Positions 38,150 through 50,900 of a stretch of DNA of 64,000 bases are shown one piece after another; the stretch's first letter is position 1; each line of letters starts with the position of its first letter. The position numbers and the translations under genes were made by a program. Source of the stretch: Nageia nagi (lineage: Eukaryota > Plantae > Pinophyta); contig JBITNC010000001.1 in assembly GCA_050084985.1 (NCBI GenBank), positions 112,592,001 through 112,656,000 on the forward strand. The letters run 5' to 3'. The notes under the pieces are model-generated. The model did not search any database. It saw only the letters and a program-made list of their open reading frames with translations, and had not been told where the DNA came from.

Positions 38150-41100
38150 GCTAGCCTGGTGACTTTGAACTAAGTTAGTCACTTGGGGAATGTTCTAAGT
38201 GTGAAACAAACATCCAAATTTACTCTTTTATGAAAAGATGACTTAGTATAGAAAAATAAATCATATTGAAGAAATATAGTGAATCCTCATTCTAACTCTA
38301 CAAGATATCATGCTTTATAGAATCAACAAGTTAGAAAGATTCGAGAAGAGATAAAAAATAAAATACTTTTCTTCAGAGAAATACTTTTTTAGTAATTTGG
38401 CTCAAAGTGAATCTAAGATATTAACTAGAGCAGAAGAAAGATACCTCACTCCTACACTTCAAAATGAAAATTAAAAAACTAGGAGATATTTCTTTAAAAG
38501 AACCTTTTAGAGTGAAACAAATTCAGAAGTACAAAGATCGTTCGAACCCTTGGGCACGTTTGATGAAGAAAAGATAAACATTTGAGGATATCATACAAAA
38601 TCAGATGGTGAATTAGATAGGAAAGATTTAGTAGAGTTCAAGATCAACTTCTTCTTACCAATTGAAACAAGCTAAATATAATTATCTTTGTCATCCATAG
38701 TTACTACAAGTGTTAGTAATCTTTCTTCAATTATTAGAGAGTCAAGATTAGTATCTCAGGTTCTCAAAATTCTATCAAAAGAATTGTTGATCAGAAGTCA
38801 AGAGAGAAATTTAACATCAAAAAATCAATGAAGCAATCAAGTTGTTAGAAGAGACACATACCTTTTACAATTCAAGGAAGAAATCAAGTTAAAGCTTGTT
38901 GATAACTGAGGGAGGATCAAATTATTTTTTCTTGAAGAATTTGTGGTAACCAATGGATATCCAATAGACGATAGTGATTTGGATGAAGAAGTATTAGAAA
39001 ATCAAAAATCAAAAATCATTCTTCACATCAAATTTCGATCTTTTATGTTCAATCCAAGAACTTCTTTGAGAAAAAGTCAAAGTTTAATAACACTCATCAA
39101 TCTTTGATTTGTCCAAACTAGCAAGTCCTTCCAAAAGAAAAACTTGAAGCTTAAGATCAACTGAAACAAGTGCTTGGAATGTCAACCCTATAGAGCTAGA
39201 ATGACATTTATGAAAGATTCAAAAGGAATGGGCAAATACAAATCTAAATACCACACTTGTTGAAATAAAGAGCCCTACTCCTTTAAGAAGTAGATCACCT
39301 AAAGAATACAAGATCAATATTGTAGGCTTTGAAAAAGATATAGAAACTTTTGGAATGGCTTAAAGAGATTAAATATTTTTGTGACCATGGAAAAATAACT
39401 TTGGACCTTTCAATTTACAAGGGGAAAAACACAATCTCTCTAAAGAATTTAGTGATCTTCCTCATTTTTCAAGGGATCAATCTAGTAGTATGACAGAGGA
39501 ACATCTTGAAAACTTCAATACTTATTGTGAAGTAAATGGGGTCAAATATGAAGATGTCATGGTACACATATTTGTTAAAACTCTTATAGACTTGGCATTA
39601 CATTGGTATAATTCTCTCCCTATTGGATCAATTTCAAGTTGGGATAATTTATCATATGCATTTATATCAAGATTCAAAAGTTTGGTGTTAGGGACAAAAT
39701 TAATCAATGAACTTTCACACATGAAGAAAAGAGATAGAGAGTTTGTTCCACAGCTTGTAGATCATTTCAATAAAGTCTTTCAAAGAATTCCTAGGAATTT
39801 ATGATCTACTAACACAATCAAGAAACATTTCTTTATTAATGCCCTAGATCTTGAGTTGGGATACATGGTAATAGTTTATGAACCTAACATGTTTCAAAAT
39901 GCAGTGGATGAACCAATCAAACATGAAGAATTTGTGATTATGATGGGGAAGATTAAGAAAAATAAACCTTTTGAATCTAAAAAAGGGAACATCAATTCAT
40001 CTAGTAAAGAAGATAAAAGCAAAGCTTTGTAACAAAAATAGATAGAGAATGAATTATTGTAAAAATTAACCAATATGACTATTCAATAAACTTGAAATAC
40101 ACAACATGGATTCAAACCTCAATAAAACTTCATAAAATTTCTAGATAAGAATAGAGGTGATTTCAAAGATGAGAAGAAAAAAGTACTTGTCCCTTTGGAT
40201 ATACCAAAATATTCAACTTTGAATTCTTATTATAAGCTTGTAAGTATGAACATGATCATAACAATTGTATTTCTATGAACATGTTGCAGGAGATGATTAT
40301 AGAAAATGAAATGTTATTGGAAAAAAGTGATCGAGCCAATCAAGAAGAATCCAATTCACTCTTGGAAGAAAACAATGAAGATACTCCAAAAAATTTCTTT
40401 CAAGATAGTGTTGAAATTTCTAAATGTTATACCATGATGAAAAACTCCTAGGCCAAGCTTCAAGCTCAACAATAAGATAAAACTTAGACAAAATCTAAGG
40501 AGATCCAAGCTGAGCGAAATAAGAAGGATTCATCTAGTTCAAAATACAATATCATTGAAGATCTATCCAAAAAGATGGATATTATTTCAATTTTGCAAAT
40601 TCTACAGAACGATATTTAGGCTATAAAAGAACTCTTAGAGGTAATTAAACTTGCCAAGATGTATGTAAATTTGATAATGGAAAATGTTAACATTAGAGAG
40701 CAAGTTTATGTAGCTCAACAAAAAATGGCTAGATTGCCTCCATTCTATATGTCTCTTTGGGTGAATAGCAAAAAGTTATGTAATTGTATCTTAGATTCAT
40801 GAGCTACTGATAATATTATGCCTTTTAGCATAGCCCATATTCTGAAATTGAATTATACCGAATGTGAAAATTCTTATTTCTAGATGGATTCATCAAATGT
40901 AAAGATAGTCATTAAGGTTAAAGATATTACCGTAAACTTATTCGAATTCCCATCCAGAAAAATTCTTATGAGCATTTTAGTTGTTGATATGCCTATTGCT
41001 TATGGAATGCTACTAGGAAGATAGTTTGGAGTAACTATGGGTGGTATGATTTCTTTATATTGGTTGTTTGCACAAATTCCAATTAAGGACACATTACAAA

Positions 41101-44100
41101 TTCTTAAACCCAAACCTAAATAAAGATGGATGGTTGTTCTTGAAGAAAATAGGATTGAAGGGAATATTCAAGAAAGTCCCACACATGAGGTTAATTTACA
41201 AGAAAATCAATCGGTGTCCTTTCAATATGTGGAGATTAGTTCATATCAAGCTACTGAAGAACCTAAAAGAGAAATAAATATCATAAATTTGAATGCTGTA
41301 TGGAAAATTTATTTCAATGGCAGCAAATGTAGAGAAGGGAATGAAGAAGGTGTCATTTTTATTGCCCCAAATGGGGCAAATAATTTTTTTTCAATGAGAT
41401 TGACTTTTCACTGCACTAATAACATTGTTGAATATGAAGCTTTGTATTAGGGAATAAACATAGCAAAGAAAGGATTATAGATTCAAAATTTGATATGTTT
41501 TAGGAATGTAGAGTTAAGTGTAAAATAAGTTAAAAATTAGTTTCAAACTAAGAATCCCAAGTTGCAATCATATAGACATCTCATTTGGGATATGATTAAA
41601 TCTTTAATTCTTTCAATATAATTGCTATCCCTCAAAATAAAAATTCTCAAGTAGATTCTTTAGCTATATAATCCTCTAGGATAAATCCAAACCCCTCTCT
41701 TGGATTGGGGTATTATCACATCGAATTACTTTTCAGACCAGGCATACCAGATAATGTTGAGCATTGAAAAGGTTTTGACTTCAATAAACAACTTTTACAT
41801 TTTTTGTAATGCATAAAATAATATTCATTAGGCTTTGTGGAATTGAATAAGGTTTTACAGTTGGATTCAAATAGAATATCTTTCAGAATGATTGAATTAG
41901 AAGACCTTTATGATCAAAATAACCACTTTAATCATTAGAATTTGATTAAAGAGATATCAAATTTAATGATGAATTTTAATTTGAATCCAAATGGAACACC
42001 ATAAGAAGTTCTAATCGGCACTAGATGCACCCTAAGTGAAAGAGAGGATTTGATCGAAGCTTTCAAAAGGTTCAAAAGAGTTTTTTTTTTGGAACTATTA
42101 TGATCTTAAAGGGTTTAGAAAAGATATAGTCCAACATATTATTCTCTTGAAAGATCATTCTAAACCTTTTAAACAAAAATCTTAACATTTTAACCCAAAA
42201 ATTGAAAGAATGTTAAAAAAGGAGATTGAAAAAATTCTGGCATCAGATATTATTTATCTAATCAAACATTCTTCCTAGGTAGCCAACATTGTTCCTATTC
42301 AAAAGAAAAATAGAGACATCAGAATATGTATTGATTTTTAGATTCTCAACTTGGCATTTGTTAAAGATAATTATCAATTACTTATGATGAACCACCTTTT
42401 GCAAACTGTTAATGGATCAATAATATTTTCTTTATTGAATGGTTATTCTGGTTATAATCAACTTTGGGTCATAGAGGAAGATTGTTTTAAAAAAATATTC
42501 ACAACTCCTTGGGGTACATTTGCTTATAAGAGGATGTCATTCAGATTAACTAATGTAGGAGCTACCTTTCAAAGAGCTATAAATTTTGTTTTCAAAGGTT
42601 TGATCAATAAAATTATTGTTATATGCATAGATGATATGATAATCCTTTTGAAATGAAGAGAAGACCATGTGAAAAATGTTGTTCAAGTATTGGAAATATG
42701 CAAAGAGTTTGGGATATCATTAAACTTGAAGAAATCTATTTTAGGGGTGATTGAAGGAAAAATTTTAGGACACATCATATCAAAAGATGGAACTCGTATT
42801 AACCAAAAATGGGTAACTACTATCAAGAAAATTCTTTTACCAACAAATAGAAAACATTTACTATCATTTTTTGGAAAGGTTAATTTCTTGAGAAGATTCA
42901 TCCTAGATTTTGTAGAGAATGTGTTTCCTCTAAGTAAAATGTTGAAACAAAATATTGAATTTAAATGGTATAATGAAGGGAAATTAAATTTTAGAAACAT
43001 TAAAGAAGCTCTTGCAAGTGCACCTACTATGGTTCAACTTGATTTCAGTAAGCCTTTCAAGATGTGCACTTATGCATCATATCATACTATTTCTTCAATA
43101 TTAACACAAGTAAATGATAAAGATGAAGAACATTCGATCACCTTCATGAGTCATGCTTTGAAAAATGCAAAAGTAAGTGTTAACCATTATCAAGACAGTG
43201 AAAAATTTCAAACTTTATATTCTAGATAACATGTTATGGTGCTCATACCAGATCCAACTGTAAAATCCATCTTGACACAGACAAAATTGGATGTTCTCAA
43301 AGGATCTTGGATAGCTAAAATTTAGGAACATGATTTGGTTTTTAAGCTAGTCAAATTGGTAAGAGGCAAATGATTATGCAAACTTATTACAAATATTTCT
43401 CCCATAGAAGATGATCAACAGGTGCACATACTAGTAGATAAATCATCGCCATAATTCTTTGTCTCAATTTGAGAAATTAGCATAATAAATTGAATTTTGC
43501 TCTTTAACCATATCAAATCACACCTAAAAAGTCAACCAAATGCTCTCTATTCTATTTGGTTTATGGTAGGGAAGCTTTTCTTTTGATTCGACTAGAAATT
43601 CCTAGTTCAAAATTAATGGAAACCATCGAACAAGAGGAACCTTTGACTAATAGGCACTTTGAATTTATTGATATGGAAGAAAACAGAGAATAAGCTTTAA
43701 AAATTGAAATAAAAAATAAAAGAAAAATGAAAAAAAATTCAATAAATATGCTTGTGATAGAGATATTAAATTTTGTAATAAAGTATGGTTATGAAATAGT
43801 CATCATGAAGACAAAGGTAATAGTAAAAATTGACTCTTTATGGTTGGGACCTTACAAGATTTTTGAAAAATTCTTAGATTATACTTATACACTTTGTGAT
43901 GGTGACTCATATGTTTTCCCAATTTCTTATAATATCACCATCTAAAGAAGTTTTTTCCATAAAGCATAAATGAGGGAAGGATTGAAGATGTCCTCCTTAA
44001 AAAGTCAAACTAGATTATTAGTCAAGTTGTTTCTTATATATATTATGTGTACAAAGTGTTTTAAAGACAAACAAAATTATAAATTTTGAAAATCCCATAA

Positions 44101-47100
44101 AAATATTTTTGTATGTATTTTCAATGGATGTAATTTGATAAAGTTAGTCTTTTAAAAAGTTTTCTCTTTCCTTCCAAGTTTTTACACCAGTAATTCTCTT
44201 AGAATTTATCTAAAAGCAAAGAGGTTTTTACGAGATGGTTTCTTAGAAGTTAGTTTATTATCTTTTCAACCATAAAAGACCATAAGGTTTATTCTAAGTT
44301 ATTAATCTTTAAAATTCCTAAGACTTATTTTTATAAGATTGGATCCTAAAAAGAGATTGATGATATGGAAAAATTGAATAAGTGTTATGAGTAATACTAA
44401 GATAATAATAATTTCCATTGATCTCCTTTTCAATCTAGCTATGAGAATTCAAAATGACGAAATGGATTATGAAAGTTTTATTTATTTCCAAATTTATTTT
44501 GTTAACTTTGGTAAGATTGAGAATATAAAAGATAAAAAAAAAATGATGATACAAAAAAAAGAGAAAGATGAAAAATATTTTCAACATTCGAAGAAACTCC
44601 ATCAGGGCTATAGATGTTTCTTGGTAGTGCGACCAATTCTTCGAAGTCAGAGGTATCCCTCACATATCCTACTAGGGATATAAATGCCTATTGGTAGTAA
44701 AGGTAATTCCCAATATAAATAAGTACCAAGGATGTCTACGAGTAAACCGTATATAGGGTTGGAGTACTAGAAAAGAAATTATGGATTGATATAAGAAGTT
44801 ACATTTCAAATTTAATATTAGCAATAATGATTGCATTGTTTGTTATCATGATCATTGGAAGTTATTCTTAAAATAATGTTCTTAGATAAATTATTTTGAT
44901 TGATTTATATCTTCTACTTCTTTTCAAGGATTATTTGATCACTTATTTTGTCAAGTGGAATAGGAAGATCACAATGAAGGAGATACCAAAGAACCTTTTT
45001 GAGTTGATGGATTACGAGACAATTTTCTAAGTTTTTTGCATCTCATCAAAAATCTATATTATTCTAAAGTTATTCAATAGAATGATTGAAAATTACTAAG
45101 GAAGATTTTTCATTTTCAAAAAGCTAAGATGTTATTTTTTTGATCATTTTCATCATGTTATTATTCCTTTCTATGGCGATAGTAACCAGAGATGCTAGGA
45201 TCTTTTGTCTTGCCTAGGCAAAAAATACCCAAATAGAGCCAATGTTACCATCCAATTTTTTATCAATAATGTTTTCAAGTTATTCCTTGATTTAAGTATC
45301 TAGGAAAAGTTTTATTATTTGCTTTAATAAAAAAAATACAAAAATTAAATAATAAAAAATACAAACATAATAATTTATCAAGATTGCATCTTTTCATCAC
45401 AAAAATAGTTTGGACCATTGTGTAGTATCTTTCACCTTGAGGAAAGTGGATATTCTTGACATTGATATGGAAATTATTTTCTATGAAATCATTTAATACC
45501 ATCCTCTAATTTTGATTGCAAACACTTACCCTCAACATGATTGAAAATTGATCCTACTTAACCATTGAATGATAAACATCAAAATCTTTTTTTCAAAGCT
45601 AAGTGTTCATTCTAGACACTAAAAAGTGGAATTTAGTTTTCATATTGACCTGAAAGCCAAAAAGATCTTCATTTCTAAAATTAGAGCAAAAAATGATGAA
45701 ATTTAACTATCATGTTGTTTTCCTTTATTGCATCAAGTTTTTAGTCTACTTGAGTGCGATAAGAAGCTTCCAATGTAGTTGCATCGATTTGGAAAGCTTC
45801 TCAAAGCAACCAACATACCATCTAGTCATGTTGTGTCTAATTCCTACTTGATTTGCCAAATGCCACCTTCCAATTCACTTCCATCCATCTGATGTAGGTT
45901 ATCAACTCTCCAAATGATGCCACATATCCCTTGGCACCTTTTACACCTATATATATCCCAACCCTCCTATCATTTTCATCGTAGCATTTTTTGGATCATC
46001 CCTTATCAGAGCATGTCTACTTCCAAGTTGGAACAACTAGGAAATAGCCAATGGTTGCATTGAAGTGAGAGTGACTAAGATTTTCTTAGAGGTTGCGTTG
46101 GTTTGAGTTGCTAGTTTAAGTGATTTTCTTGGTATATGCTTTGTACCGATTGAAGAAACACTTAGATAGGTCTATGAAAAGACTTAGTCAAATTATTTTT
46201 CCATTTCTTTTATCACATTGAATTGAACTTCAACTTGATATGATTAAGTTAAAAATTTGTTGCATATTTTTATCTTCATATTAGAGTGACTAAGTCATTT
46301 AGCTATTGCATCCTATAAGACTTGAACCCAAAGTGACCAAGCCTTGCATTGTTTCATCTAGTTAACCTTGAAGTCAAAGCAACTAGGAAAAATCCTATCA
46401 CATGAAAGTTGATTTATACTTGGAAGCGACCAAGTCCTAAAACTTTATAACATCAATTTAAACCTCTACTTGCAAGTGACCTATTTTGCCTTTATCACAT
46501 TATTTTGATCTTTATCTTAGGGTAACTAAGTCATTTAGTTGTCGCACCATTTATCTTTCAACTCAAAGCAACCAAGGTATTACATTGTTGCATCATGTTG
46601 AATTCATATTTGAGGTAACTTAGTCAATTTTTGTTAGTCATATCTATTTAGATTGTTAACTTGATGCGACAAAAGGAAAAATGAATAATTTTAAGAAAAT
46701 GAAATTTTTGCTAAAATTATGTTTTTCATCTTGTCTCGAAATGATGGCTAATTGAATTTTTGTCATTTTATAGGATGAGCAAGTTAAATAAAGACATGGG
46801 TGGCTATTCATGGCTTACCAATAATAGTTTTATTAAATTGAAGAAAGATGACAAAACCAAACAAAGGGCCCATTATGATAGACTTAAGAATATTATAGAC
46901 CCTAAATATAACCATACTAATCTGGTGTATGATGATCAGGGAGATCAATGCAATCCTAAAAGAAGTCAGAAAAAGTTATTATTCATTCTTCAAGACTCTT
47001 CATTGCTGCATTGATTCCTTTTCGATAAACTTTCTAGAGTTGGTACTTGAAGTTGTGGAACATACAGACTTTGCAAGCCAAGTTATCAAAGATACATAAG

Positions 47101-47300
47101 GAAATGTAATTGCATATTTAACTAAGGAAGGCATAGAGAAAGCTATGGGTTGGTCAAACCAGGGTATTATCTTCACCCAAAAAGATGCAATCTAGAAGTA
47201 ATTCATTTTCTATTCTTGGATAATGATATCTTGTTGCAAACTTAAAAAATAATTAGGATTTGAGTTAGTGAAAGAAATATGATATTTTATGGAAGCTACG
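38150..47300 (+). mobile_element. Degenerate Tat-clade Ty3/gypsy retrotransposon: GAG-PROT-aRH-RT-RH-(partial INT), long 3' region and extra ORF remnant
   Basis: Gag 39490-39804 (ALHWYNSLPIGSISSW). Protease ILDS*ATDNIMP at 40788-40823. Additional RNase H WKIYFNGS...CTNNIVEYEAL at ~41300-41450. RT GYSGYNQ...FTTPWGTFAYKRMSFRLTNVGATFQRA...ICIDDM at 42351-42656. RT thumb/RH 42669-43400. INT C-terminus only, 43510-43960 (LVYGREA; WLGPYKI). Outer limits approximate. Confidence 0.88.
46770..47200 (+). pseudogene. Frameshifted extra-ORF-like remnant in the 3' region of the Tat element
   Basis: ORF 46760-47014 continues across frameshifts as ELVLEVVEHTDFASQVIKD..GNVIAYLTKEGIEKAMGW. The position downstream of pol fits LTR-element extra ORFs. 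Confidence 0.4.
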
Positions 47301-48419
47301 TTGTATGATGTTTCATTAAAGAAACTAAGTTTTTCATGAATAAAAAGTAAAAGAGACTAAGTGCAAGGTAGCTTACATGGATTATATTACTTCTTACTTA
47401 TAACTTGATTAACTTGGGCAATAATTCTTCAGCTTGGTTAAAATTTTAGGTGATTATTTACTTTTTTGGAATTGGTGGAATGATCATTTAATTTAAGGAT
47501 AAAAAAATTTGTGGGAGAATTAAACTAAGTCTTTATACATTCAAACAAAAAGATAAAAAATACATAAATATTCATTCAATAAGTGAAGAGATACTTGTGT
47601 GGAACATATTGCTATCTTCCTCGTAACTTGAGCAAGTTTAAGGTAGCTGAGTTACAAACATTAAGTAATTGCTTACTTTTCAAGAATTAATGAAGCAAGT
47701 ATTTAATCTAAGTATGAGAATTATTGCAAGAAAAATAACATAAGTGTTAACACAATCCATTAAGCACTAAATAAACACATTGAATATCACCTCGTTAAAA
47801 AGAGGATCTTAGATCCCTACTATTCCCTTTTTCTATCCGATAAGAAAAAGTGATTAATAGTAGTCATAAACTTGCCTAGGGATGCCAAATTACAAGATCC
47901 AATGGCCAAGTATGTAGTGTTCCATTAAATGATACTAATATTGCATCTACAATTATTAATATGGTTTGGAATCATGCATTACAAGTGGCCTACAAAATTA
48001 CAAGTATTATTCACACATAAATATGGCCCATTTATTACGTAGAAATAACAAATAATGACTCATAGAGTCCTACGTTCCATGTTGAAGGATATCCAAGTGG
48101 GATTACATTAAAATATTTCTAATTAAATACAAAACACATATAGATTAATGAAATATCAATTGCACATCCTTAGAGGATGGATGCCACTCTCAAATGAGAG
48201 TAAATCATGGATTCTCTTGCACACTTGATATGAGCATACTGGCCTGATGGGTGAACTTCAAAGTACCATAACTTCATTATTTCTTAACCAAAATAGGTCA
48301 TGTAACCTATCAAAATATCCTCTTTCTATTTTTATCTTGTAGAAGATGTAATCTTCCCAAAACCAAAAATGAGTAAAACCTTACAAATTGGGGACACTAC
48401 ATTTGTTTTGCTTTCGTTC

Positions 48420-49660
48420 CATTGTCACTTGGTACTAATTATATGCATTAGGATCTTGATTATTAATTTTAGGTTGGGAGAGAGATGTATCAATAGCCTT
48501 TGAGGCTCAATCTTATCCATCATAGCACACTTATAATGACCTAACCATATTAGATTCCTCATAAGAAGTAGATTCTTTAGGAAGTTCATTGAATTTTACA
48601 TCCTTTGAGATAAACACTTCTATAGAGGAAGGAGAGTAGAGCCTATAGCCTCTATGCTAATTTTCATAGCCCATAAAGATGCACTTTTTTGATCTCTTAT
48701 CCAACTTCTTTCTTTTCTTAGAAATAATGAAAGCATAAGAATCACAACAAAAAATCCTAAGGTGAGAGATATGATTTTTTTGTCCATGCCTCATATAGGG
48801 TTTTCCCTTCAACTTCTTTCATAGGGTACTTATTCAATGTGTAAATCATAATGTTCATAGCTTCATCCCATAAAAAATTAAAAAGATTTTCCAACATGCA
48901 CCTAGCCATTTCTTGAATAGTTTTATTCTTTCTTTCAATAACATCATTTTGTTGAGGGGTGTATGAGATCATGAACTATATCTTGATCATGTATTTGGCA
49001 TAACAGTCATTGAACTCATTGTTATTATATTCACCTCCATTGTTAGATCTTAACATCTTGATTTTTAACTTAGTCTGATTTTCAACTAAGGCTTTGAAAT
49101 CTTTGAACCTATTAAAGGTTTGATCATTATGGTTGGGAAGATAACCAAATATCATCCTATTGAATTCATCAATGAAGGTTAATACATAAGATGGTTTCCT
49201 AAGAGATTTAGTTTGAAATGGACCCATCAAATTTGAATATACAAGATGAAGAGGTTATGTTACCCCTGTTACCTTATCTTTATCAAATTTTTGCCTATTC
49301 ATCTTTTCTAATATGCACTTCTCACAAAGATCAATTATGGATTATATCAAAGATAAACCTTTCACAAGTTCTTTATTTTTTATAACTTTAATAGTTTTAT
49401 GGTTAAGTTATCCTAATCAATGGTGCCAAAGATTACCCATAGAGAAAACATTCATAGAAAGGCACATATTTGTTATCACTTGATGCACAATGTAGAGATT
49501 ATATTTCATTGATCCTTTCACTAAAGTGGCAAGTTCCTTCTTAATGCATTAGGAGTATGTATTGAACTCAAATGAGTATCAATTATTTGCAAATTTAATT
49601 ACAAAAATAAATTTCATACTGAGTTTAGATACATAGAGCATATTGTCAAGAACCTAATTT
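48420..49660 (-). mobile_element. Ty1/copia integrase fragment (GAG-pre-integrase, rve core, SH3-like)
   Basis: GPFQTKSL...YVLTFIDEF...FKDFKALVENQT...LRSNNGGEY (49230..48976); YTPQQNDVIERKNKTIQEMARCML (48972..48757); KLDKRSKKCIFMGY...GYRLY near 48640-48710. Confidence 0.92.
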
Positions 49661-49665
49661 ACTAT

Positions 49666-50495
49666 TTAAGTTTTTATGTTCATTTGGAGATGAAAGGAAG
49701 AGTTAAGGTTCAATTTTTTTCCTAAGAATTCATGCAGGGTTTTCCAAATTTTTTTTCCTAAGCTATACCTACGTTTCAAGCAACTTCTACAGTTGTCATC
49801 GAATTCCTTGAGAAAAATATCTATTCTAGATTTGGTGTTCCAATTAGCATCATCGCTAACAATGCTAGAAGTTTTGGTTGTATTGAAATGACCAACCATT
49901 CTTTATAATATAATTTCCAAATTCAGCTAGTTTCAGATTACTACCCTTAAGGAAATGATCTCATTGAATCATCAAATAAGAATACAGCTAGCGACAAAAA
50001 TTGGTTTGAAGATATCTTAGAGTACTTGAAGATGGGACATACATTGAAATATCTAAGGAAGACTATATATACTAGATAGAGTTTGCATATAACAATGGTT
50101 ATCATTCTTTACTTGGAATGGTACCATTTGAAGCATTATGTAGAAAAAAATGTAGAAATTTTCTATAATATGGAAGATAGAGTCTCTATTAGGCTTGACC
50201 TACTTACAAAAATGGAAACACAATTATCTAAATTAGAAAAAGGTTGAAAGAATTTTTTCATTGTATAAAGAACTATGTAGATCTAAAATGAACTTCAAGG
50301 GAGTTCAATGTAAATTACATGATATTTTTCTATGTGAGACCAAGAAGGAGCTCCATTAAAAACTTCAAAACTAGCTTCTAAATTCATAGGACCCTCCAAA
50401 ATTTTGGATAAAATTGGTTTTGTTGTATAAAAACTTGAGTTACTACCTAATTTATAAAAAATACATAATTTATTTCATGTTTCATTGCTTAAAAT
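49666..50495. mobile_element. Mosaic of Ty3/gypsy integrase fragments in both orientations
   Basis: Minus 49666-49750: WKTLHEFLGKKLNLNSSFHLQ. Plus 49760-49985: AIPT...IYSRFGVPISIIANNA...YYP*GNDLIESSNKN (Tat/Athila type). Plus 50075-50495: EFAYNNGYHSLLGMVPFEAL...IHNLFHVSLLK (chromovirus type). Confidence 0.8.
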
Positions 50496-50794
50496 GTAAT
50501 CAAAGTTAAACCAGTTCAAGTTCTAGAAACTCATACAAAAAGGCTTTAGAGGAGGAACATTGAATAATAAAGGGTTCAATAGGATATTTTTTCTAAAAAT
50601 AACTTATTTGAAATGGATTTTTAGAGTGATAAAAAATAATAAAAAAATGATTTTTCAAGTACCTCTTTTTGTTTGTTTTATTCTCTCTATGTTGAAGAGC
50701 TCATCCTCAAGTTTCTAGTACTTTATACAGTTCATGAAACTGACTTCATGATCAAAAGTTATTGCATTTTGAAGTTTGCAATTTTTCTAATGAA

Positions 50795-50900
50795 ATGGGG
50801 GGCATTTGGAGGCCAAATTGTGAGGGGGTCATTTTGGAGGCCAAATTGTGAGGGGGGCATTTTGGAGGCCTGTTAGCGTAAGGGGGTGTTTTAGAGGCTA
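50795..50900. repeat. ~27-bp G-rich tandem repeat, ~4 copies, within an LTR-like region
   Basis: ggggg(t/g)cattttggaggccaaattgtga repeated, with the later copies diverged. Confidence 0.75.

Noticed and set aside
42683-43000. 105-aa minus-strand ORF
   Set aside because: Shadow of the RT/RH coding sequence on +.
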